A DNA stretch of 45,608 nt, from positions 1 to 45,608 of the forward strand of contig CAYZIR010000007.1 in NCBI GenBank assembly GCA_964478705.1. Direction: 5' to 3'. This document shows positions 21,572 through 31,106 of the stretch, piece after piece; within the stretch, counting starts at the first letter, position 1; each line of letters opens with the position of its first letter. This stretch comes from an uncultured Candidatus Saccharibacteria bacterium. GTDB lineage: Bacteria > Patescibacteriota > Minisyncoccia > Phycocordibacterales > EsbW-18. The notes beneath the pieces were generated by a model. It did no database searches. It was not told the DNA's origin and saw only the letters and a program-made list of their open reading frames with translations. The translations under genes and the position numbers were made by a program.

Positions 21572-22855
21572 CTAGCGCTTGTTCCACTCGCTTCCCTGCC
21601 GCACAAGGAGCTTAGCGTCTCGGGGCTCTTTTAAGATTTCGCTCACAATTTTTTCTATCCGCACACCCTGTGAGCCTTTGCACAAAACAACATCCCCCGA
21701 AGCGATTTCATCGTGAACATAGCCAATTGCATCTTCAGCTCGTTTGAATGCTTTCACACGCATAAGACCATTGTCTGTTGCTGAGTTCGCAATTTCTTCC
21801 GCTTCATCCCCAACGGTCACCAGTGAATCAACGAACGTTGCAGTATATGCACCCGCACTGCGATGCGCTTCTTTTGATAAAGCGCCGAGTTCACGCATAT
21901 CTCCCAGTACTGCAATTTTCTTTCCACGTACACGAATGTCGTGAAGGGTTGCGAGTGCTTCACGGAGAGCGACCGGTGAAGCATTGTAGGTGTCATCAAT
22001 AATCGTCGAGTCCTTGAGTCCTTTAAGAAGACGCATACGCCCAGGCGAAAGTTCTGTCTCTTGAAGTGCACGGACTGCCTCCTCTGGGTCATTGTCGAGT
22101 GCACGGGCAACAGCTACTGCAGCGAGTGCTGGATACACAAATTGTTTTCCAAGAACACCATCGCATGAAAACGGATACATGCTTGAACCGATAAGAATGT
22201 TTGCTTCAATGCCTTTTGCGGTTCCAAATGCATCATAGGTAATTGCATAGCGGTCACCACGCACCGTTGCACCTTCACCAAAACCAAATGTTGATGCTTT
22301 GGGACCAAATGTCTCGCGCATCACTCGCACCTTCTCATCATCGTGTGCAAGGACAACCTTCCCGCCTTTGCGCAACCCGTGAAAGATCTTTAACTTTTCC
22401 TCGCGGAGTGCATCAACAGAAGGGAAATTACCAGAGTGTACCGGCGTGTCACCAATGTATCCAACCACCGCAACGTCGAGCGGGAGCCATTGCATCAAGC
22501 GCTCCATGTCATGAGGAGCGTCAACACCAAGTTCGAGCACAAGCACCTCAGGATATCGGCGAATAGCGAGCGCTTTAAAAAGACCGCGCGCAAGCACCCC
22601 TGCCCATGCGAACGGATTCATCCAGCCGGTGTCTTCGCCGAGAATCGTGAGTGGAACACCGAGTTCTGAGTTGAAGCTTTTAGCACTTTTACGTACTTCG
22701 TAGTGCACTGACAATGCCGTGGCAATCGCTTCTTTCGTTGATGTCTTCCCTACGCTTCCCGTGACTCCGATGATAATCGGGTGATGACGCGAAAGAAGAA
22801 GACGTGCTTCAAGCGATAGGAGTGATGCGACGATGTGCTTGAAGAGGGTTTTCAT
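21572..22855 (-). CDS. murF: UDP-N-acetylmuramoyl-tripeptide--D-alanyl-D-alanine ligase
   Basis: IIGVTGSVGKTSTKE P-loop, Mur ligase central and C-terminal regions, dcw-cluster context. Confidence 0.9.
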   Translation of the reverse strand: MKTLFKHIVASLLSLEARLLLSRHHPIIIGVTGSVGKTSTKEAIATALSVHYEVRKSAKSFNSELGVPLTILGEDTGWMNPFAWAGVLARGLFKALAIRRYPEVLVLELGVDAPHDMERLMQWLPLDVAVVGYIGDTPVHSGNFPSVDALREEKLKIFHGLRKGGKVVLAHDDEKVRVMRETFGPKASTFGFGEGATVRGDRYAITYDAFGTAKGIEANILIGSSMYPFSCDGVLGKQFVYPALAAVAVARALDNDPEEAVRALQETELSPGRMRLLKGLKDSTIIDDTYNASPVALREALATLHDIRVRGKKIAVLGDMRELGALSKEAHRSAGAYTATFVDSLVTVGDEAEEIANSATDNGLMRVKAFKRAEDAIGYVHDEIASGDVVLCKGSQGVRIEKIVSEILKEPRDAKLLVRQGSEWNKR

Positions 22856-22860
22856 ACGTA

Positions 22861-24579
22861 TTATCGGTCGGGCGGAAGGTTGTAATAACTGATGAGAAAT
22901 CGGGCGAGCTCCATAAACGGCTCAGTCAGGGTCTCCGACGCAAAGCTCACGCCCTTCGGTTCCTCCGCATAGAGAAAGATGATAAAACGCGGGTTATATG
23001 CGGGGAAATAGCCGAAGAACGAGTGGAGGTACCGGTCAGCATAGTACCCGCCCGCAGAGGGATTCGCAATCTGGGCGGTTCCTGTTTTTGCGGCGATGCT
23101 GTAGTCGTCGAGTTTTGCTTTTCCGCCGGCCAAGTACTCATCAACCACACGGACGAGAATTTTGGTGATGGTCTCGCTGGTCTCTTTTTTCAAAACCTGT
23201 GTTGCGGGCGCATGTACGATATCTTTCAGAAAACCACTTTCATAATCAACAGACTTCACCACATGCGGTGTCACGAGCATACCGCCGTTCGCAAGCGACG
23301 CGAGTGCACGTGTCATTTCAATTGGCGTCACAGCGATACCTTGTCCGAACGACGCCGTGATGTACTCAACGTCGCGGGGTGAATCAAGGTTATCAATCAA
23401 GCCAGACACTTCACCAGGAAGGTCGATCCCTGTTTCAGTGCCAATACCATATCCTTTCATGTATCGTCCGAACCGCTCGTTGCCAAGCTTGCCGACAATG
23501 AACGCAACACCGGTGTTCAACGAATTCCCGAGTACACGATACATATCGACAACGCCACGTCCTTTCTTGTCGTAGTTGTAAATCGTATAATCATCCGCTT
23601 TCACAAAACCCTGGTCGTTGTAGGTTGTGGTTGGCTCAATCACCCCCGCATCAAGACCTGCTGCAACCGTCAAAGGCTTCACAATAGAGCCCATTTCAAA
23701 AACACTTTCAACAAGCGGGTTTGTGAAAACCGTGTGCGACTCTTCTTCTTCAAATGCATTTGGATCAAATGTTGGAATGGCACCGAGCGCAAGAATTTCG
23801 CCGGTCATCGGGTCCATAATAATTGCACCAGCACTCTTTGTTGCCCAGCGTTCTTCGATATGTTCAAGGCTCTCCTCAAGCGTTGCTTGCACTGTCGGCT
23901 CAATGGTTGTTATCAAATCGCCCTCACCTTCGCCATTCACCGCATCAACTGCTTCTTCGATATTTGAAAACACTTCCGCGAAAAAGTTCACATAGAGAGA
24001 ATCGTCCACGCGTGCAAGTGTGCGCTCATAGTATCGCTCAAGCCCGTAGCGACCTGCACGCGTATCCCCTTCAAATCCAACAAACCCGAGTGTGTGTGCT
24101 GCCAGCGTACCGCCAGGATAGAGACGCCATCGTTCTTTGTATACTCGCACACCGGGAATATCCAATGCTTCAATTGCTGACCCCTCTTCCTCGGTGAGAT
24201 GGTGTTTAATTTCTTCGTAGGGGTCTGTTGTGTCCTTCAATCGTGAGAAGAACTCTGTAGCATCAATTGGTGTAATTGCAGAAATCGCTGTATAGGCAGT
24301 CTCTGCGTCTTCAAGTGTTGAAGGATTGACCGCAAGTAAGAAACCAGAGGCAAGCGTTGCTGCTGCAATCCGCTCAGAATCTTTATTCGTAAAATAAATA
24401 GACCCCCGCTCAAAGAGCCCTCCTTGTGGTTGGGTATATTGACGATCGGCTTTTTCGGCAAAGGAGTCACCGTGAACAATCTGGACGATATATAGTTTTG
24501 TCAAAAGCGCGAGTGCAAGCGCAAGAAAAAGACAAAAAACGATTCGTATTCGTACTGCGTGAATACTCTTACTCGTCAT
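22861..24579 (-). CDS. ftsI: Penicillin-binding protein (FtsI/PBP3-type transpeptidase)
   Basis: N-terminal TM segment, SxxK (SIVK), SxN (SLN) and KTG (KTGTA). Start taken at ATG 24579 (MTSKSIH...). Confidence 0.88.
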   Translation of the reverse strand: MTSKSIHAVRIRIVFCLFLALALALLTKLYIVQIVHGDSFAEKADRQYTQPQGGLFERGSIYFTNKDSERIAAATLASGFLLAVNPSTLEDAETAYTAISAITPIDATEFFSRLKDTTDPYEEIKHHLTEEEGSAIEALDIPGVRVYKERWRLYPGGTLAAHTLGFVGFEGDTRAGRYGLERYYERTLARVDDSLYVNFFAEVFSNIEEAVDAVNGEGEGDLITTIEPTVQATLEESLEHIEERWATKSAGAIIMDPMTGEILALGAIPTFDPNAFEEEESHTVFTNPLVESVFEMGSIVKPLTVAAGLDAGVIEPTTTYNDQGFVKADDYTIYNYDKKGRGVVDMYRVLGNSLNTGVAFIVGKLGNERFGRYMKGYGIGTETGIDLPGEVSGLIDNLDSPRDVEYITASFGQGIAVTPIEMTRALASLANGGMLVTPHVVKSVDYESGFLKDIVHAPATQVLKKETSETITKILVRVVDEYLAGGKAKLDDYSIAAKTGTAQIANPSAGGYYADRYLHSFFGYFPAYNPRFIIFLYAEEPKGVSFASETLTEPFMELARFLISYYNLPPDR

Positions 24580-24901
24580 CTGAAGTGTTACCAGTGTAAT
24601 TGAATGAGAATGCGTGTGGGGCGCGTGAGACAAAGTGCGGTTCCGTCACGTTCACAAACCCAAGCTCATGCGCTCGCGCAATTGTCACACTCTCTCCAAT
24701 AGCAATGTAGCGAGCCTCAAGTGTGCTCACGCGGGCTGCGAGTTCTGCACGCTCGTGTTCAAGTAGTCGACGCTCGACTACCGATGCAATGGTCTGCTTC
24801 AAAAAGAAGCCGTACATACCTGCAAGAACAAGAAGTGCGACAGAACAACCTATAAAAAGGCGTTTGTAGAGTGTGTTGAGTTGGAGAAGATCGCGTACCA
24901 T
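24569..24901 (-). CDS. ftsL: FtsL-like cell division protein (TM plus coiled coil)
   Basis: 110 aa, with a single TM segment (LFIGCSVALLVLAGMYGFF) then a heptad-like region. Positioned between rsmH and ftsI. Confidence 0.6.
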   Translation of the reverse strand: MVRDLLQLNTLYKRLFIGCSVALLVLAGMYGFFLKQTIASVVERRLLEHERAELAARVSTLEARYIAIGESVTIARAHELGFVNVTEPHFVSRAPHAFSFNYTGNTSDDE

Positions 24902-24938
24902 GGCTATGTTATTTCTTGTTTAGTTGATTCGTTTTGAT

Positions 24939-25015
24939 TGTTCCGTGCTCCGTGTTCCGTGTTCTGTGTTCTGTGTTACATGCTTCGTGTTACATGTTCC
25001 CTGTTCCCTGTTTCT
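24939..25015. repeat. Eleven tandem imperfect heptamers TG(T/C)T(C/A/T)NN spanning the rsmH stop and the rsmH-ftsL spacer
   Basis: TGTTCCG TGCTCCG TGTTCCG TGTTCTG TGTTCTG TGTTACA TGCTTCG TGTTACA TGTTCCC TGTTCCC TGTTTCT. Confidence 0.8.
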
Positions 25016-25886
25016 GAAGTATTCGAAGTTTTGCTGATCGAGACCGAGGGTTTGCTCTCATTTCGCTTTCTCCAGGGATAATCGGCTTTTTGGTGATGAG
25101 GGTTGCTCCCTCCGCCGCTTTCTCCCTGAAAAAATTCTTCACGATGCGATCCTCGAGACTGTGGAATGACACCACTGCAATTCGTCGTCCAGAGGCGGTA
25201 AGGTCATACGCAGCCACAAGTCCTTCGCGGAGTGCACCGAGCTCATCGTTTACCGCAATGCGAATCGCTTGGAATGTTCGCGTCGCCGGATGAATCGGTC
25301 CATGGTGGTATCCCGTCGGCGTTCCAGCTTTGATTGCAAGAACAAGTTGCGCGGTTGTTGTGAGCGGTTCTTTACTCCTCGCATCAACAATCGCTTGTGC
25401 AATTCGTCGTGCATAACGCTCTTCCCCATAACCGAAGATGACATTCGCAAGATCTTCTTCGGCAAAACGGTTCACGATGTCTTCCGCGGTGAGTCGTGAC
25501 TCGTCCCGACCTTCTCGGAACGTCATCGAGAGCGGTTCGTCGCGGAGGAAGCTGAATCCTCTGCCAGACTCTTCGAGTTGAAACGAACTGAGTCCGAGAT
25601 CGAACGCGCAACCATCAATGGAAGTGACCCCTTTCGTCGCAAGAACCTCTTTCATTGCACGGAAGTTTCCTTCGCACGGTACGAACTGATAGCCAAAACA
25701 GATCTTGTTCGCACGCTCGAGCGCAGCGCGATCTTCATCAAAGCCATAGACCTTGCCTGATGCGCCAACACGCTCGCAGAATGCTTTCGTGTAGCCGGCG
25801 CCTCCGACGGTCGCATCGACGATTATGTCGCCTTCGCGAATCGAGAGACCTTCGAGTACTTCATGTAAAAGAACAGAAATATGCAT
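24990..25886 (-). CDS. rsmH: 16S rRNA (cytosine1402-N4)-methyltransferase
   Basis: HISVLLHEVLEGL..VDATVGGAGYT..DLGLSSFQL..SFHSLEDRIVK. Confidence 0.93.
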   Translation of the reverse strand: MHISVLLHEVLEGLSIREGDIIVDATVGGAGYTKAFCERVGASGKVYGFDEDRAALERANKICFGYQFVPCEGNFRAMKEVLATKGVTSIDGCAFDLGLSSFQLEESGRGFSFLRDEPLSMTFREGRDESRLTAEDIVNRFAEEDLANVIFGYGEERYARRIAQAIVDARSKEPLTTTAQLVLAIKAGTPTGYHHGPIHPATRTFQAIRIAVNDELGALREGLVAAYDLTASGRRIAVVSFHSLEDRIVKNFFREKAAEGATLITKKPIIPGESEMRANPRSRSAKLRILQKQGTGNM

Positions 25887-25969
25887 ACGCGCCTTTCTTA
25901 TATCTTCTGCGAATGCATCCGAATGACCCTAACGATTGTTCGTGTCATTCGCATGAATTCGTGATTGTG

Positions 25970-26404
25970 TTAAATCGCCCCAATTTCTCCAAGATTCTCC
26001 GCAAGCGTGTCCGCCTCTTTTTCGATACGACGCTTGTAATCGCTCCACGATTTCTCATTCCAGATCTCGACCCGACTTGCGACACCTGCCAAGACCACTG
26101 ACGCAGTCAATCCTGCAAATGATTTCAAAAAGTCCGGCAATAAAATGCGCCCCGCTGAATCGACATCGACCTCGACCGCCCCTGCAAGCATGAAGCGTGC
26201 AAATCCTCTCGTCTGTGCCTGACCCATGCCAAGCTCGGACAATCGCTCCGAAATACTTTTCCATTCCTTCTGCGAATACACGAACAAACACTTTTCGAGA
26301 CCACGCGTGACCACAAGCTTCTTACCAAGTTCTGTACGGAACTTCGAAGGAAGCGAGAGGCGCTTCTTGTCGTCGAGTGAATGTTTGTATTCGCCGATGA
26401 GCAT
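25970..26404 (-). CDS. mraZ: Transcriptional regulator MraZ
   Basis: MLIGEYKHSLDDKKRLSLPSKFR and a second DxxGRxxLP repeat (DSAGRILLP). Start at ATG 26404. Confidence 0.9.
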   Translation of the reverse strand: MLIGEYKHSLDDKKRLSLPSKFRTELGKKLVVTRGLEKCLFVYSQKEWKSISERLSELGMGQAQTRGFARFMLAGAVEVDVDSAGRILLPDFLKSFAGLTASVVLAGVASRVEIWNEKSWSDYKRRIEKEADTLAENLGEIGAI

Positions 26405-26454
26405 GGAAATAATTTCGAGATATGACAGAGCGGGAAACCGGTCGATTCCGAATT

Positions 26455-26491
26455 TCCCACTTTGTCCCACTTGTTCTCCATTTTATCCCAC
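26455..26491 (-). promoter_or_regulatory. Candidate MraZ operator: GTGGGA direct repeats at 10-11 bp phasing
   Basis: The minus strand reads GTGGGA-TAAA-ATGGAG-AACAA-GTGGGA-CAAA-GTGGGA, 50-90 nt upstream of mraZ. Confidence 0.5.
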
Positions 26492-26650
26492 CCCTCCCCA
26501 GACACAAACACAGTTATCCACTTTGATGGCCTAAAACATAAGCACAAAACAAAAAGCCCGCCTTGAAAAGCGGTGCTTTTTGTCCCATAAAACAATCACC
26601 CGCCTACTATCAGCTAGCAGGTGGGTGTCTTTTGTTTGATACAGGGAAGC

Positions 26651-26833
26651 TTACTGGACGTAGAAGTTTCCACAGGGTTTCGGAGTCAGCCCCTGAGCCT
26701 TCTGTTGAGCCAGGAAGATGTCGTGATGTTGTTCCCCCGTCTTCTGGAAGTCCTGCCCCTCCATGGAGGTGAAGCTGACATGCCCCGAGCACTCACAGTG
26801 CCATTCGTGGGTAAAAGTTTCTCTCGGTTCCAC
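26651..26833 (-). CDS. Small (60 aa) His/Cys-rich hypothetical protein
   Basis: GTG start 5 nt after AGGAG, and a hairpin downstream (26605-26635). Contains a THEWHCECSGH cluster. Confidence 0.4.
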   Translation of the reverse strand: MEPRETFTHEWHCECSGHVSFTSMEGQDFQKTGEQHHDIFLAQQKAQGLTPKPCGNFYVQ

Positions 26834-26918
26834 TTTTTCTCCTGAACCCAGTTAGTTAATAGAGCAAGGGTTCCTATTTCGAAAAGTACGCTCTTAAGTT
26901 TTGTTTGTCAATCTGTCT

Positions 26919-28376
26919 CTAATTGATTTTTGGTTTCATCAACGGGAAGAGCTGAGTCTCACGGATAGGTTTATCAACAAAGAAAGAGAAGAGGCGCTCA
27001 CCAAAGCCAAAACCAAAGGTTGGTGGCATACCATATTCCATCATTTCGACGAATTCTGTATCAGGCATCATGGCCTCTTCGTCTCCCCGTTCGATAAGCT
27101 CGCCCTGAGCCGCAAAGCGAGCTGCTTGGTCGATAGGATCGTTAAGCTCGACATGAGCACGGCCAATCTCGCTTCCTGCGATGATCACTTGGAACATCTT
27201 GGTGAGACGCGAATCGTCGGGATTCTCTTTTGAAAGTGGTGCAACGAGCTTAGGGTGATTCACGAGGAATGCAGGACCTGAGATCTGCTTGCGACAGTAC
27301 TTCCAAAGGCTGTCCGTCAAACGCTCACGCGTCGTTCCATCAAATGTGACACCAAGTTCAATAAGTTTCTTTTTGAGATTGTCTTCAGATGATTCAAGTA
27401 CGTTCACGCCAGTCATCTTTTCAACAGTTGATACGTAGTCGAGTTCCTTCCATTCATCAGCAAGATCAAAGGTGTGACCTCGAGTTTCGAACTTTGTCGT
27501 ACCAAAAACTTCCGTTGCGAGCGTTCGATACAACTCTTGAACAAGAGCCTTGCCCTCTTCAAAGTTCATGTATGCAGCATAAAACTCCATGTTCGTGAAT
27601 TCCTGGACGTGTTCAGGGCTCGAACCTTCGTTGCGATAAGCGCGTCCGATTTCGAATGTGCGCAAAAAGCCGGCAGCCATGAGACGCTTCTGCCACAATT
27701 CACCAATAGAGATGCGCATGAAGACATCCAGATCAAAATCGTTGTGATGTGTCTTGAACGGTCGCGCTTCAGCACCGCCCGTTGTAATTTCGAGTGTTGG
27801 TGTTTCTACTTCGAGGAATCCGCGGTCTTTGAGATATGAGCGAGTCACATCCCAGAACTTTGCCTTCTTTTTGAAAAGATCCTGAAGGTCAGGGTTACCA
27901 AGGATATCGAGATAACGCTTACGCAAACGCTCTTCAGGATCAGTGAGGCCTACCCATTTTTCAGGAAGCGTGCGGAGTGATTTGGAAAGCATTCGCCATG
28001 AAGAAACGAGAACACTCGCTTCACCTCGCTTGGTGCGTGTTGGAACACCAGAGAGTTCGATGAAGTCACCGGCATCAGCTGTTTGTGAAAAGAAAGAAAA
28101 CTGTTCTTCACCGAGAACATCAGACTTGATGTAACCCTGGATCTTCCCTGTTCCATCAAAAAGATCAGCAAAGATTGTGCCGCCATGCTCACGAATGGAC
28201 ATGACACGACCACCAACAGTTACCGGCTTTTCTGCAGCAACAGCATCGTCAAAAGACGTAGCAAGTTCGCCAAGTGTCGTGGTGATATTCGAGCTCGCAG
28301 GATATGGATCAACCCCTCGTTCTTTGAGGAGCGCAAGCTTCTTGAGACGGTCGTTACGGATTTCGTCGAGGGACAT
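26919..28376 (-). CDS. lysS: Lysyl-tRNA synthetase, class II
   Basis: N-terminal OB anticodon-binding domain and class II motifs (FLEVETP, GELWQKRLM..FEIGRAYRNEG, GFGFGERL). Confidence 0.93.
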   Translation of the reverse strand: MSLDEIRNDRLKKLALLKERGVDPYPASSNITTTLGELATSFDDAVAAEKPVTVGGRVMSIREHGGTIFADLFDGTGKIQGYIKSDVLGEEQFSFFSQTADAGDFIELSGVPTRTKRGEASVLVSSWRMLSKSLRTLPEKWVGLTDPEERLRKRYLDILGNPDLQDLFKKKAKFWDVTRSYLKDRGFLEVETPTLEITTGGAEARPFKTHHNDFDLDVFMRISIGELWQKRLMAAGFLRTFEIGRAYRNEGSSPEHVQEFTNMEFYAAYMNFEEGKALVQELYRTLATEVFGTTKFETRGHTFDLADEWKELDYVSTVEKMTGVNVLESSEDNLKKKLIELGVTFDGTTRERLTDSLWKYCRKQISGPAFLVNHPKLVAPLSKENPDDSRLTKMFQVIIAGSEIGRAHVELNDPIDQAARFAAQGELIERGDEEAMMPDTEFVEMMEYGMPPTFGFGFGERLFSFFVDKPIRETQLFPLMKPKIN

Positions 28377-28433
28377 AAAAGATTAGCCTCTAGCTTACAG
28401 CCAAAGGCGTAAAAGGCCAAGAACCCTTTCGGG

Positions 28434-28904
28434 CTAGCCAATCTTCAAGACGGTGTACTCAATCTTCTTACCGTTGGGAGCAACAAAGGTAAATGTGTCG
28501 CCTTTGACCTTGCCCATCATAGCCTCACCGAGCGGTGAGTTGAGTGAGATGCGGCCGAGCGTCGTATCTGCTTCTTCAGAACCCACAACGCTAAAGGTGC
28601 GCTCTTCATCATCACCTTTACGCTTAACAGTAACTGTTGAACCTACCGCAACACTGTCGCTGTGGTGAAGCTTGACGATCTCAGCATCTTTGAGGATACG
28701 GGTAAGGTGTTTGATGCGCGACTCGATCTCACCTTGTGTCTGGCGAGCCTGCTGATATTCAGCGTTCTCAGAGAGATCTCCGAGCGAGCGAGCATACTCG
28801 AGCTGCTTTGCGATCTCGGGACGGCGAACCGTGATGAGCGTCTGCAATTCAGTGGTGAGCTCTGCGTGTTTTTCTTTTGTGAGATATGCTTTTTCCTCGT
28901 TCAT
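28434..28904 (-). CDS. greA: Transcription elongation factor GreA
   Basis: YLTKEKHAELTTEL..LGDLSENAEYQQAR and a C-terminal FKBP-like domain. Confidence 0.92.
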   Translation of the reverse strand: MNEEKAYLTKEKHAELTTELQTLITVRRPEIAKQLEYARSLGDLSENAEYQQARQTQGEIESRIKHLTRILKDAEIVKLHHSDSVAVGSTVTVKRKGDDEERTFSVVGSEEADTTLGRISLNSPLGEAMMGKVKGDTFTFVAPNGKKIEYTVLKIG

Positions 28905-29102
28905 ACGATTGAATGATTGTTTTGACGCCTCACTCTAGACGTAACCGAGATAAAAGTCAAAGGGGGCTGGGGGTTACTTTTGAAGAAGGCCCTTACGCAA
29001 AAAGTATGACTTTCGCTCCGTGGTCCATGTTTTGTCCTCGCAGGCTCGGAAAAACATGGATCCACTCCGCTCTGCGCCATAGATTTTGAGTATTTTGTAA
29101 AC

Positions 29103-30800
29103 CTATTCCAAATACTGCGGTGTATAGATTCGCATCCAATCGAGCAAACGGCGCATGACGGAAGCCGAACCGACCAAGTTGGTCACCGGACCCCGCTCCA
29201 TGACGGTGGCAAAGGCAAAACGAGGGTTCTCGTAGGGCCAAAAACCAACGAGCCATGAATTGACTTTTTGCTTGCTCACACCGAGCTCGGCAGTACCGGA
29301 CTTTGCTGCGATCGCGAAGTCTTCATATTTCAAAGCCTGAGAAGTACCTTCGGTGACCGCCATACGCATACCTTCGCGCACGATCTGAAGCACCTCGGTG
29401 TCCACGTCAATCCGTTCGACATCTGTTTCAGCGCCCGCAATGAGATGTGGGGTTACGAGCAACCCATCATTCGCGATGGCGGCAACAGCACGCGCCATTT
29501 GGATCGGTGTGACTTGAAAACCATACTGACCGATCGATGTGTTGTACGTATCACCGACGCGCCATGGATCATCGGGGAAAAGTTCTTTCTTCCACGCAAT
29601 CGTTGGAATCGTACCCTCAACCTCACCGGGCAAATCGATGCCCGTCGGCTCTCCAATCTTGAACATGCGGACATATTCATCGATTCGGTCGATACCAAGA
29701 CCTTTTTGGTCACCAAACCCTCCGCCCACGGTATAAAAGTAAACGTCAGACGACACTGCAAGCGCGCGACGGACATCGGTCCATCCATGCGCCTTCCAGT
29801 CCTTCATGATGGTCGGATTGTCGGGGTCGTATGGGTTCGGGATGCGAAGCGCACCATCACTGAAGATTTCCTTCTCGGGAGAGATAATCTTTTCTGAAAG
29901 CGCGCCGATTGCGATGAACGGCTTGATGATTGAACCCGGGGTGTAGCGTCCGCCGATCGCGCGGTTAAGGAACGGTGTTGTGGGGTCGGACTCATAACGA
30001 CTGAGTGCTTCTACATCACCGCTCGCCACCGCATTCGGGTCATAATCAGGGATACTCACGAGCGCGAGGATTTCTCCAGTGCGTACGTCGAGGATCACGC
30101 TCGCTCCGCCCGCAAATCCAACATCGGCGGCGAGCTCTTTCATAAAGGTGCCGAGCTGGTTCTCGACAGCTGAGTCAATGCTCAAAGTGAGCGCCTTCCC
30201 TGCCTCGGGCTGATCGATGACGGATTCAGAAAGGATTTCACCACGCGCATCCTCTTCCAAGATCTTTGTTCCGCGAACGCCCGCAAGAAGGTCATTGTGA
30301 ACCTTTTCAATTCCCGAGACTCCAATAACATCTTCTTGAAAATAGAATCCCAGATCATCTTTCTTTGGATATGAGACAAAGCCAACCACGTGCGCAATTC
30401 CGGTCGTTGTGGAATATCCACGGTGCGCAAAGTCGTGCGTTTCTTCTGATGACGTCGCTTCATCAAAAAGCTCGTTCCATGCGAGCAATTCACCAGTGCA
30501 ATCATAGATGACACCGCGGTCAGGAAACAATATTGAATGAGCAAGACGATTCTGTTCTGCTTGTTCGCGATATTCGTCCCCGTTTACAATCTGGAGTGAG
30601 AATGTCTTGTAGAGTAGCCCGAGTGCCACAACAATGAGCGATATCGAAAAGATTGAGAGTGCAGTGCGCCCAATTGGACGCTCGATACGGCCCTCAAATT
30701 GATGGCGATCGAAGTTTGGTGAGTTGTGCGAGTCGAGAAATATCTCGTCCGGTGCAATCTCCTGCACAGATCTTTTTTTGAACAATCTAAATACGAACAT
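29103..30800 (-). CDS. mrdA: Penicillin-binding protein 2 (elongasome transpeptidase)
   Basis: SxxK (SIIK), SxD (SSD) and KSG (KSGTA). Follows mreBCD. Confidence 0.9.
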   Translation of the reverse strand: MFVFRLFKKRSVQEIAPDEIFLDSHNSPNFDRHQFEGRIERPIGRTALSIFSISLIVVALGLLYKTFSLQIVNGDEYREQAEQNRLAHSILFPDRGVIYDCTGELLAWNELFDEATSSEETHDFAHRGYSTTTGIAHVVGFVSYPKKDDLGFYFQEDVIGVSGIEKVHNDLLAGVRGTKILEEDARGEILSESVIDQPEAGKALTLSIDSAVENQLGTFMKELAADVGFAGGASVILDVRTGEILALVSIPDYDPNAVASGDVEALSRYESDPTTPFLNRAIGGRYTPGSIIKPFIAIGALSEKIISPEKEIFSDGALRIPNPYDPDNPTIMKDWKAHGWTDVRRALAVSSDVYFYTVGGGFGDQKGLGIDRIDEYVRMFKIGEPTGIDLPGEVEGTIPTIAWKKELFPDDPWRVGDTYNTSIGQYGFQVTPIQMARAVAAIANDGLLVTPHLIAGAETDVERIDVDTEVLQIVREGMRMAVTEGTSQALKYEDFAIAAKSGTAELGVSKQKVNSWLVGFWPYENPRFAFATVMERGPVTNLVGSASVMRRLLDWMRIYTPQYLE

Positions 30801-31104
30801 GGCCGCGAATATACCCTTCAGAGCAAAGGGAGAGGAGAATAAGGACAGCTATCATCACCGTCAAAAAACCAGGAATACCAAAGAGCGGCTGTGCGCCGTA
30901 GAGAACGTCGAGAATAAGCGCAGGAATGAGGCCTTCTAAGAAATTTCGATATGCAATGGCACATATCGCAAGCCCAAGTGCCACACTCCACCACGGCGCG
31001 ATGAATGCTCCAATGGTTAGGACAATGAGCGTGATGATGCGGATGTGCATAGTGTTATCAAGAGGACGTAAGGACGAGAGGACGGGATAAAAGAAAAGCC
31101 TCAA
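30787..31104 (-). CDS. mreD: Short MreD-like membrane protein
   Basis: Three hydrophobic segments, positioned between mreC and mrdA. An alternative start is ATG 31050. Confidence 0.55.
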   Translation of the reverse strand: MRLFFYPVLSSLRPLDNTMHIRIITLIVLTIGAFIAPWWSVALGLAICAIAYRNFLEGLIPALILDVLYGAQPLFGIPGFLTVMIAVLILLSLCSEGYIRGHVRI

Positions 31105-31106
31105 GA

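Noticed and set aside
24939-25015. CRISPR array or coding tandem-repeat protein
   Set aside because: The units are 7 nt with no spacers, and the tract is 77 nt in total. It is a microsatellite-like tract, not a CRISPR. No CRISPR-like repeat-spacer structure was seen anywhere in the window.
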